Assembly (NCBI RefSeq): GCF_001274935.1 | Contig: NZ_LILC01000016.1 | Span: 19,914 to 51,913 of the forward strand | Direction: 5' to 3' | Length of the DNA stretch: 32,000 nucleotides | Source of the DNA: Priestia koreensis | GTDB taxonomy: Bacteria; Bacillota; Bacilli; Bacillales; Bacillaceae_H | Shown here: positions 16,318 through 23,400 of the stretch, piece after piece | How the letters are laid out: every line of letters begins with the position of its first letter | Numbering within the stretch: position 1 is the first letter of the stretch | Program-made: the position numbers and the translations under genes | The notes under the pieces: model-generated | Database searches by the model: none | What the model saw: only the letters and a program-made list of their open reading frames with translations | What the model was told of the DNA's origin: nothing

Positions 16318-17103
16318 TTACGTACCCTGAATTTCGATAATACTTCGGCCACTCAAATAAGCATGACCCGTTGTCAGCTGTTTAACGGTTTCAAATCCGT
16401 ACTTTTCGTATACGCGCTGAATACTCTCATTAATAGGAAAAATCCATAGCGTTTTGATGTTTTGTTGCAGCGATTCCTTTTTGATCTTATGGAGGAGTGG
16501 CCCAACTAATCCCTCGCCTCTATACGCCTTTAAAACGGCCACACTTTCTATTCTTCCTTGATCACGATGACGATACAAGCAGGCAGTTCCACAGGCCATT
16601 CCGTTGTAGCGTAGTATGTAGTGTACAAAGGCCGGATGCGCGAACTCTTTTTCGAAGGCTTCTCTTCGTATACTCCCACCAAACTCCTCAATGCTGCACT
16701 CAATCTCAATTGCCGCTTCTTTATTATGTTTCGTTACGCGTTCAATCGTAATTTCTTCCTGCTTCCGTTCAGTTTCCAAAGAATGATTCCACACTTGAAC
16801 AGGCGTTTTCAGTTCTTCATACTGAAAGCCTTTTTTAATAAGAGCTGCTTTAAAATCCCCTAGTTCCTCTGTGTTATGTAGGTAAAAGCGCGGTACAATC
16901 CCCCTTGACTCATAAAAAGTAGTCACTTCATGAATTACTTCCTCTGAATTTTCCGGCTGGGAAGCGAGATGCGCATGATTAGCATCATAATAACGCGGGT
17001 TATCTTCATCTACAAAAACCGCTCCCCAATTCGTTTGAATTCTTTTCGTAAACGTTTCTAAATATGCAAAATCTAAGTCCATAATTTGTTGGAATGTTGC
17101 CAT
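16318..17103 (-). CDS. GNAT family N-acetyltransferase (two-lobe, about 261 aa)
   Basis: Start moved to ATG 17103 (MATFQQIMDL), with AAAGGA 8 nt upstream. The predicted promoter at 17182-17210 lies inside the longer ORF-track version. The C-terminal motif is VLKAYRGEGLVGPLLHKI ... YEKYGFE. Confidence 0.8.
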   Translation of the reverse strand: MATFQQIMDLDFAYLETFTKRIQTNWGAVFVDEDNPRYYDANHAHLASQPENSEEVIHEVTTFYESRGIVPRFYLHNTEELGDFKAALIKKGFQYEELKTPVQVWNHSLETERKQEEITIERVTKHNKEAAIEIECSIEEFGGSIRREAFEKEFAHPAFVHYILRYNGMACGTACLYRHRDQGRIESVAVLKAYRGEGLVGPLLHKIKKESLQQNIKTLWIFPINESIQRVYEKYGFETVKQLTTGHAYLSGRSIIEIQGT

Positions 17104-17181
17104 CGTTTCTGTCCTTTCATATGATGTTCTAGTTGAAATTACCGTTTCTTTATGCAAAAATAATTGTAAGTATTTTCTAAA

Positions 17182-17210
17182 ATTATAAGATTGATAGGAG
17201 AAATTGTCCA
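17182..17210 (-). promoter_or_regulatory. Sigma-A promoter for the GNAT gene
   Basis: Minus strand reads TGGACA (17205-17210) - 17 nt - TATAAT (17182-17187). Confidence 0.55.
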
Positions 17211-17343
17211 ATGTGATTTCTTTTTGTGAAACGATTATGACAACCATATAAGTGTTGAAAAAATCAAGGTTTCTAGGTCATGCCCCTACCTTCTAGCCTT
17301 GTAAGGGCATGTACAAGGTAGCCTCACAAAAGGGGATTTAACA

Positions 17344-18552
17344 ATGACAAAATCTTTTTACTCACTTGCTTACGGGCAATCTTTTGCTAATCTCGGTGAT
17401 GTGTTTTACATTGTAGCGCTTATTTCCACCGTCTATAACGTAACAAACTCGATGTTTTTCGTCGCGCTCGTTCCGTTTTGCAATACGATGGCTGGCTTTT
17501 TAAGCAGCTTTCTAGCACCGTTATTTATTGATCGGTATCGTCTAAAGCATCTACTAGTCTATTCGCAGCTCTCGAAAACCATCTTAATTCTTGTCCTATC
17601 CATCTATAGTACGTTACATGGATACAACCACTTGTTTCCCGTACTGTTTATACTTATTTTTTTGATTGCGTCACTAGATGGAGTCGCAAACCCTGCAAGC
17701 AGCGCATTGCTTCCGCAGCTCGTGAAAGAAGAACACCTCGTAAAGGCAAACAGCATTCTCTCGTCTCTTTATCAAGGTATTCAGCTAGGCGGATGGGCCA
17801 TTGGGGGAGTAGCAGCCGGCGTTTTACACGCCAACGGACTTTTATGGTTTACGCTCATCTTATATGGCATTTCCACGATTGTCATGAGCGGCATTCGCAA
17901 TTTTCAAGAACATGAAATGACACCCGCTCCGAGCCGACAGTCCATGTGGGAAGGATGGCGTGTCATTCTTCATCAAAAACAAATGCGTACCTTCCACCTT
18001 CTGATCTTTTTTAACAGTATCGCCAATACCGTTTGGGTCTCAGCCATTCTCTACCCTTTTCTACAGGAACGATTACACGTTGGATCACAGTGGTGGAGCT
18101 ATTTGAATGTTTCGATGCTAATGGGACTCACGCTCGCTGGCTTCATAGGCATGAAATATAGTGAATTTATTGAAACGAAGCACACCCTTCTTCTCATAGG
18201 AACAACCGGTATTATTGTTGTAACAACGCTCTCCTTTGGGCTGAATCAGCTTCCGATTATTGCGGTGATCATCATCGGGCTAAACGGAGTGGCGCAAGAG
18301 CTACAAAGTCTTTGTATTCACACGACGATTCAGCGGCTTGTAAAAGAAAAACTGCTGGCTAAAGTTTATGCCGCACAAGGTTCACTCGTTATGCTGACGT
18401 TTGGATTATCAACCGTTCTAATGGGACTCATCGGTGATCATATTCATATTGTCGCCGTTTATTTACTCGCTGGTGTGTCCGTTGGTAGCTCACTTGTTGT
18501 GCTGCTTCTATCGCAGCGTTCAGCAAACAAAATCATAGATCTTGAATTATAA
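17344..18552 (+). CDS. MFS transporter (12 TM)
   Basis: 402 aa, uniformly hydrophobic with a central loop. It has an MFS-like motif region (LFIDRYRLKH). SD is AGGGGA. Confidence 0.8.
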   Translation: MTKSFYSLAYGQSFANLGDVFYIVALISTVYNVTNSMFFVALVPFCNTMAGFLSSFLAPLFIDRYRLKHLLVYSQLSKTILILVLSIYSTLHGYNHLFPVLFILIFLIASLDGVANPASSALLPQLVKEEHLVKANSILSSLYQGIQLGGWAIGGVAAGVLHANGLLWFTLILYGISTIVMSGIRNFQEHEMTPAPSRQSMWEGWRVILHQKQMRTFHLLIFFNSIANTVWVSAILYPFLQERLHVGSQWWSYLNVSMLMGLTLAGFIGMKYSEFIETKHTLLLIGTTGIIVVTTLSFGLNQLPIIAVIIIGLNGVAQELQSLCIHTTIQRLVKEKLLAKVYAAQGSLVMLTFGLSTVLMGLIGDHIHIVAVYLLAGVSVGSSLVVLLLSQRSANKIIDLEL

Positions 18553-18568
18553 GAACCTAACCTATTAC

Positions 18569-18610
18569 AAAAAAACGCTGTTGAATGTAACCATCAACAG
18601 CGTTTTTATT
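18569..18610. terminator. Bidirectional rho-independent terminator
   Basis: AACGCTGTTGA / TCAACAGCGTT is a perfect 11-bp stem, with an A7 run before it and a T5 run after it. Confidence 0.85.
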
Positions 18611-18703
18611 TGATTTAGATCCATGCATCAAAGTGAATTTCTGCTTGAATTATGCTCTACTTTTATTTCAATCAGAATGACTTGTCCTTTTTCGTTCTAC
18701 CCT

Positions 18704-19150
18704 TTATTCAAACAGCTGAGAATAAGGTTTGATGACATCTTCAAACCTTGCATCATGACGAATTTGCCTCTTAAATGCCTCTATGACTAGCTTTCCATCC
18801 TGCACGTTTCTGGTTTCTTTATAGGAAGGCAATACCCATTGAAGTTGTTCCGTGTACATAAACGTCTCGTCCTCATACAAAAAAACGTCATTAAAATGGA
18901 CCGTAGCTTCCTTATATTGCTTTAGCTGCGCATATTTCACGCCGAGCATAAAATCAATCTCGCGCTCATATTTTCGGTACTTTCTCTTAACAGTATGAAG
19001 AAACGTTAGCTGAAGCTGATGCAGACGACAGACTCTTAATAACGAGTTAACAAGTTCTAAAGCAATGCGCCGATCAACGACCCACATCATCATTACATAG
19101 ATCACAACCATGATTACTGTGATTACGATCACATTAAACACAAAATTCAC
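18704..19150 (-). CDS. Hypothetical protein with an N-terminal TM anchor and a helical C-terminal region
   Basis: GTG start. Its SD GAGGTGA overlaps the stop codon of the upstream kinase-like gene, which suggests translational coupling. 148 aa. Confidence 0.6.
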   Translation of the reverse strand: MNFVFNVIVITVIMVVIYVMMMWVVDRRIALELVNSLLRVCRLHQLQLTFLHTVKRKYRKYEREIDFMLGVKYAQLKQYKEATVHFNDVFLYEDETFMYTEQLQWVLPSYKETRNVQDGKLVIEAFKRQIRHDARFEDVIKPYSQLFE

Positions 19151-19161
19151 CTTTCGTCACC

Positions 19162-20046
19162 TCATTGCATCTTGACGTTCACATACTCCATTAAAATTTC
19201 TTTGTTTTCTTCAATGAACCTCTGATGATTCTTACTTCCTCTTGCTCCTCCCCATCCAACAGAGCAAAAGGCATCGTAAAAGCGGTAAAAAGGGAGAATT
19301 TTTGTTAAATCCATCATCGGGCGAATGGTTTCATAGCCTTTTATGTACGCTTCTTTCGTCTTCGGATCTTTCATCCATAGATCGCGGTTCACTTTCGTAA
19401 AATCATTTTCCGTTGAGCCAATACGGGCACTCTCAAAATCAATGATCCCGGTTACTTTCTGATCCTGCGTCAAGATATTTCCCGGTCGAAAGTCCATATG
19501 AATAAAACACGGACCATCTGGAGAAGGCAAGGTGTCAAAAGCCTCCTCAAAATACGCCACGCTCTTTTTGAAAACTGACGGATTTAAAAGCTCCTTAGCA
19601 TACGGACAAAAATCGTTAAATTTTCCTTTTATAAAAGCGCGAAATGTACTCGGCTCATAACGTTCAATCGCTTCACTGCCGTCAAATAAAGAGATGGGGA
19701 CATTATGAAGGCGTCCGTGGCAAACGCCAATATCATGCGCAAGCTCCTCGGTTATCGTATTCGTACACGGAACCCCCTGCACTGCGCTTAATAAAAGTGC
19801 TCCTACGTTCTCTCCATCGCCTTCCCAATGATTTAACAGCGATGGTAGCGGAATTTGATCCTGTAGAAGTCGAAGTACCTCATACTCTCGCTGAAGCTTA
19901 ACCTTGGAATACGGAATTTTCAAAAATACGCGTTCATCACTTTCGAGCGTTAGCTCATATACCGTTGAACTATACGATTCTGGCACGCTGTTAATCTCCG
20001 TTACGTGTAGCCCGAAGTGATCAATAAGTTGGTTTACGTCTTTCAT
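19162..20046 (-). CDS. Phosphotransferase enzyme family protein (APH/choline-kinase-like small-molecule kinase)
   Basis: Brenner-type catalytic loop FIHMDFRPGNIL and metal-binding IIDFESARIG. The N-lobe contains VFLKIP (Lys). Confidence 0.85.
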   Translation of the reverse strand: MKDVNQLIDHFGLHVTEINSVPESYSSTVYELTLESDERVFLKIPYSKVKLQREYEVLRLLQDQIPLPSLLNHWEGDGENVGALLLSAVQGVPCTNTITEELAHDIGVCHGRLHNVPISLFDGSEAIERYEPSTFRAFIKGKFNDFCPYAKELLNPSVFKKSVAYFEEAFDTLPSPDGPCFIHMDFRPGNILTQDQKVTGIIDFESARIGSTENDFTKVNRDLWMKDPKTKEAYIKGYETIRPMMDLTKILPFYRFYDAFCSVGWGGARGSKNHQRFIEENKEILMEYVNVKMQ

Positions 20047-20244
20047 TATATCCCCCCGCTAATGTCAGTTTAGCTCTCTCTCATCTGTACGGATTCAACT
20101 GTATGCGAAACAAATAAACGTCTTCTGAGCGAACACCATCCCTCGCGTCGTTACCTACTCATTTCTCTCGATAAGCGGAACAATGCCCATCCGCGATGCG
20201 GTAGCTTTCTCGAAATCATTCCATTATGTATAAAATAGCTGATA

Positions 20245-20279
20245 AAGAAGAGCCTTTCTCACATGAAAGGCTCTTTTCT
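20245..20279 (-). terminator. Rho-independent terminator after the zinc-ribbon gene
   Basis: AAGAGCCTTTC-TCACAT-GAAAGGCTCTT is a perfect 11-bp stem immediately after the stop at 20281. Confidence 0.75.
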
Positions 20280-20280
20280 A

Positions 20281-20451
20281 TTAAATCTTCTTTTTCATTC
20301 CACAGTTTCGACATTCACGAAGAAAGACGAAATCTTTTACCGTACTTTTAAACAGTGCATTTCCACAATGATCGCAGCGCCCTGACGTTTTATCGGGCAT
20401 TTCCTTGTAGTCATACACCTTCGTTAAATCGATGTTCTCATAGACGTCCAT
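20281..20451 (-). CDS. Small zinc-ribbon protein (56 aa, CxxC ... CxxC)
   Basis: Start moved to ATG 20451 (MDVYENIDL), with GAGAGG 7 nt upstream. The cysteine pairs are CDHCG and CRNCG. Confidence 0.6.
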   Translation of the reverse strand: MDVYENIDLTKVYDYKEMPDKTSGRCDHCGNALFKSTVKDFVFLRECRNCGMKKKI

Positions 20452-20484
20452 ATTTAAACCTCTCTCTACACAGTCTCTTGTTCT

Positions 20485-20493
20485 ATCATACCA
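20485..20493 (-). promoter_or_regulatory. Possible extended -10 promoter (TGGTATGAT) for the zinc-ribbon gene
   Basis: Minus strand reads TGGTATGAT about 35 nt upstream of ATG 20451. No good -35 element is present. Confidence 0.3.
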
Positions 20494-20520
20494 AAAATAC
20501 TGCAAGAGAAAAGCGATTTT

Positions 20521-21354
20521 TTATAGCGTTCTTCCGGCTAGCACCGTGTTCAGAAAGATGGCTTCATCGACCGTTAGCTTTTTCGTTTGTGCTTTTTTGA
20601 CCCATTGATCGCTTGATAAAATCTTTTTATCGTACGCTGTTTTATAAATCGTCGCAAGTTCTTTCCATTGACTATCCGTTAATTTCATCACTCTTCCCCC
20701 CGGTGTCTTTGTTGTATTGGACGGTGCACTTGATTGTTCTGTTTTAATGGGCTGTCCTTTTGTCGTAAACCACGATAAAGGGAGCGGGCCGTTCAGTACA
20801 TTTAAATCAACGTTTCCGTCAATACCAGCTACTCTTCCTGCTTGGGTATACTGCCATAAATCACACGGCATGTCCGGGCGATTACTATGTGGAATACCGC
20901 GGTCACTTCCGGAATAGCGCGGAATCCAGAGAAAGTCTGCCTCAATTTGCCCCATGTTGTACTCTTTATAAAAAGAATGACCGGTATACAACCCTACCTT
21001 CCATCCCTTTTGCTTACAGGCGAGGATAAATGCCTGTGTGGCAGGAATAATCTCAGAAGATCTTGTTAAGGTCATCTCTTCCACGTCTACAACTAAAAAC
21101 TTTGCCCCTGCATCTGCGCGCTCCATAAATAAACGCGCCTCTTGAATTGCAGCCCCAATCGTTTTATACCTGGCATATGCGTAGTGTCCAAACGGAATGT
21201 TGTATTTTTTGCAGCCTTGTACATATTCTTTGTATCGCTTATCAACCGTTTGAGCCCCATACTGTACACGGATGATCGCCAAATCAATTTCTTTACTTGC
21301 CCTCGCAAAATCAATCGCTCCTTGGTAATAAGAGAGATCTACAATCTTCCCCAT
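20521..21354 (-). CDS. GH25 muramidase (lysozyme) with a short C-terminal helical, putative wall-binding module; no signal peptide
   Basis: IVDLSYYQGAIDF, AIIRVQYG, FGHYAYAR, LVVDVEE and WQYT are GH25 landmarks. The C-terminal 55 aa read LTDSQWKELATIYKTAYDKKILSSDQWVKKAQTKKLTVDEAIFLNTVL. The N-terminus MGKIVDL has no hydrophobic leader. Confidence 0.85.
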   Translation of the reverse strand: MGKIVDLSYYQGAIDFARASKEIDLAIIRVQYGAQTVDKRYKEYVQGCKKYNIPFGHYAYARYKTIGAAIQEARLFMERADAGAKFLVVDVEEMTLTRSSEIIPATQAFILACKQKGWKVGLYTGHSFYKEYNMGQIEADFLWIPRYSGSDRGIPHSNRPDMPCDLWQYTQAGRVAGIDGNVDLNVLNGPLPLSWFTTKGQPIKTEQSSAPSNTTKTPGGRVMKLTDSQWKELATIYKTAYDKKILSSDQWVKKAQTKKLTVDEAIFLNTVLAGRTL

Positions 21355-21400
21355 TCAAGCGACTCCTCTCTACTCTTTTCTCTACTGTAATCACTTATAG

Positions 21401-21428
21401 TAGTATATGTGCATTTGATAGAGTAGGT
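21401..21428 (-). promoter_or_regulatory. Sigma-K-type promoter candidate (AC - 17 nt - CATATACTA)
   Basis: The minus strand has AC at 21427-21428, a 17-nt spacer, and CATATACTA at 21401-21409. This matches the published sigma-K consensus AC-N17-CATAnnnTA. It lies about 45 nt upstream of ATG 21354. Confidence 0.4.
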
Positions 21429-21440
21429 TTGGGTACAATC

Positions 21441-21478
21441 AAAAAAATAGAGCCCCTTTTTGAAAAAGGAACTCTACT
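21441..21478 (-). terminator. Rho-independent terminator after the isochorismatase-like gene
   Basis: Minus strand reads TAGAGTTCCTTTTT-C-AAAAAGGGGCTCTA followed by TTTTTTT. Confidence 0.65.
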
Positions 21479-21480
21479 TA

Positions 21481-22002
21481 TTAAAAAGATAGTTTCTCCG
21501 CTTCTATCAAGCGCGCAAACCATGTTAAAGTCTGGTTGTGATGATGAATAATTTGAGAGGCGCTGAGACCATTTGCATCCCACGTGCTGTGCCCATCAGA
21601 AACGAGCGTTACGTCATATCCAAGGCTAAAAGCGCTTCGACATGTGGTATCCACACATACCTCAGACTGAATCCCTGTTAAAATTACGTGCTGAATGTTT
21701 CGCTGTTTTAATTCCTCATGGAGTGTCGTCTCGTAAAAGGCATCTGGCGTTCGTTTATGTATGATAACCTCTTCGTCTGTTGGTGCGATGCGAGGGTGAA
21801 TGCGCCAATTCTCCGTTCCCCTTTCTAACAGTCTTCCTGTACCTGCATTGTGCTGAACATAGAAGATAGGCATTCCCACCGCTCTTGCCTGCTCGATCAG
21901 ATGTTCAATTTTAGTCAAAAGCGCTTCCCCTTCAAACACGGGGTTTTCTTCTAAAAACATCCCTACTTGCACGTCAATAATAAGAAGAGCTGAATGATCC
22001 AT
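21481..22002 (-). CDS. Cysteine hydrolase / isochorismatase-family protein
   Basis: ALLIIDVQ start, a later K, and the C of the catalytic triad in GIQSEVCVDTT. 173 aa. SD is AGGTGGTG. Confidence 0.85.
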   Translation of the reverse strand: MDHSALLIIDVQVGMFLEENPVFEGEALLTKIEHLIEQARAVGMPIFYVQHNAGTGRLLERGTENWRIHPRIAPTDEEVIIHKRTPDAFYETTLHEELKQRNIQHVILTGIQSEVCVDTTCRSAFSLGYDVTLVSDGHSTWDANGLSASQIIHHHNQTLTWFARLIEAEKLSF

Positions 22003-22025
22003 TTAACATACACCACCTGTTTCTT

Positions 22026-22220
22026 TTAATGTCTACCCCAGAAAAAAGAGACGGCGATTAAAACGACTAGTGAGAACGCCGTCTGTAATCCGGTAAGAAT
22101 TAAATCCTTCTTCCACGTATTTACTTTCGGAGAACGATGAAGCACTCGATGAAAGATGAGAAAAAGAACCCACCAGAATAAAAAGACGTACACGCCCTCT
22201 AAAAAGGTACCAATAACCAA
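22026..22220 (-). CDS. Small hypothetical membrane protein (64 aa, 2 TM)
   Basis: TTG start preceded by a G-rich SD-like run (AAGGGGGGATTGGGGGA). It is hydrophobic and sits 23 nt upstream of the hydrolase gene. Confidence 0.45.
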   Translation of the reverse strand: MVIGTFLEGVYVFLFWWVLFLIFHRVLHRSPKVNTWKKDLILTGLQTAFSLVVLIAVSFFWGRH

Positions 22221-22393
22221 TCCCCCAATCCCCCCTTATCTTGCCACTCTCGTATACCTTATTTTACCATAAATAAACGAAAAAGGCTGATTATTCAACA
22301 ACCGACTTCATGAGCATTTTTTAGGTTTGTTTATTTACAGATGTGGTATCCTAATCAATACATTCGATCCTTAAAACAAGGAGTATGATAAAA

Positions 22394-23341
22394 ATGAAGA
22401 AATCAGTAAAAGTTGGCATTGGACTCGCAGGAGCTAGTCTTGTCGGATTAGGCTATTATTTATATGATTTTGCTATTTCAAATAAGGAAAAGAAGTTCCT
22501 TGCACATGAAGAAGATCTTGAGGAATCAGTCGCAAAACTCGTCCAAGAAGGCGAAGATTGGGTGGCGACAAATCCAGGTGAAGAGCTTCATGCACGCTCG
22601 GTTGATGGATTACGTTTGAGCGCTACATACGTAGCACCAAACGCCCCCTCAAATCAGCTTGTCATCCTCGTTCACGGCTACGGCGCAACAGGAAAAGACA
22701 TGAGCAGCTTTGGTTATGCTTATCATCAAAAAGGATTTCACGTGCTTTCACCAGACAACCGCGGTCATGGAAACAGCGAAGGAAACTACATTGGCTTTGG
22801 TTGGCATGATCGTCAGGACATTATGAAATGGATCGATGTCATGAAGGAGAAACTCGGTGACCACATCAACATTATTCTGCACGGTATTTCAATGGGTGGT
22901 GCTACCGTCCTGATGACAAGCGGTGAGTCGTTACCGCCACAGGTAAAATGTATAATCGCAGACTGCTCGTATACGTCAGTAAATGATATTTTATCGTATC
23001 AGCTGAAGCAAATGTTCAAGCTGCCGAAATTCCCGATTTTACCGATTACAAGCGTCATCACAAAACTAAAAGCGGGATACACATTCGGTGAAGTATCCGC
23101 GATTCGCCAAGTGCAAAAAGCAACCGTCCCCATTTTATTTATCCACGGCGATGCGGATACGTTTGTCCCAACGGAGATGGTTTACACACTATACGATGCG
23201 TGCCCAACAAAGAAAAAACTTCTTATTGTGCCAAACGCCGAACACGCAATGGGCTATTTCCGAGATCCGAAAACCTATGGTGATACAATCGAGGGCTTCA
23301 TTAAAGAAGCAACGGAAAAATCCGAGCTTCTTCACGCCTAA
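22394..23341 (+). CDS. Membrane-anchored alpha/beta hydrolase (serine hydrolase, S9/BAAT-like)
   Basis: Start at the second ATG (MKKSVKVGIGLAGASLVGLGYYL), with AAGGAG 10 nt upstream. The nucleophile elbow is GISMGG, followed later by HGDADTFVP and H. Confidence 0.85.
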   Translation: MKKSVKVGIGLAGASLVGLGYYLYDFAISNKEKKFLAHEEDLEESVAKLVQEGEDWVATNPGEELHARSVDGLRLSATYVAPNAPSNQLVILVHGYGATGKDMSSFGYAYHQKGFHVLSPDNRGHGNSEGNYIGFGWHDRQDIMKWIDVMKEKLGDHINIILHGISMGGATVLMTSGESLPPQVKCIIADCSYTSVNDILSYQLKQMFKLPKFPILPITSVITKLKAGYTFGEVSAIRQVQKATVPILFIHGDADTFVPTEMVYTLYDACPTKKKLLIVPNAEHAMGYFRDPKTYGDTIEGFIKEATEKSELLHA

Positions 23342-23349
23342 TTCAACTG

Positions 23350-23378
23350 ACCCGAGACATAACCGTCTCGGGTTTTAA
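23350..23378 (+). terminator. Rho-independent terminator
   Basis: ACCCGAGAC-ATAACC-GTCTCGGGT is a perfect 9-bp stem followed by TTTTAAGTTT. Confidence 0.75.
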
Positions 23379-23400
23379 GTTTACCATAATATTATTATTG

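Noticed and set aside
20047-20245. CTTATCGAGAGA in the kinase leader, which resembles the start of a SAM-I (S-box) riboswitch
   Set aside because: The rest of the S-box consensus (the GGCCC ... GCAACC and AAGGTGCTAA elements) is absent. There is also no T-box GGTGGTACC motif. I treat it as a coincidence.
21297-21583. ORFs 21297-21551 (+), 21395-21583 (-), 21142-21390 (+) and 21093-21314 (-)
   Set aside because: They overlap the GH25 and isochorismatase genes, their promoter region and a terminator hairpin. None has an SD or a recognisable motif.
20281-22002. A prophage remnant around the GH25 lysin
   Set aside because: No holin, terminase, capsid, tail or integrase genes or att-like repeats are visible. 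The neighbours are ordinary metabolic genes. Domestication cannot be excluded, but there is no positive evidence for a prophage.
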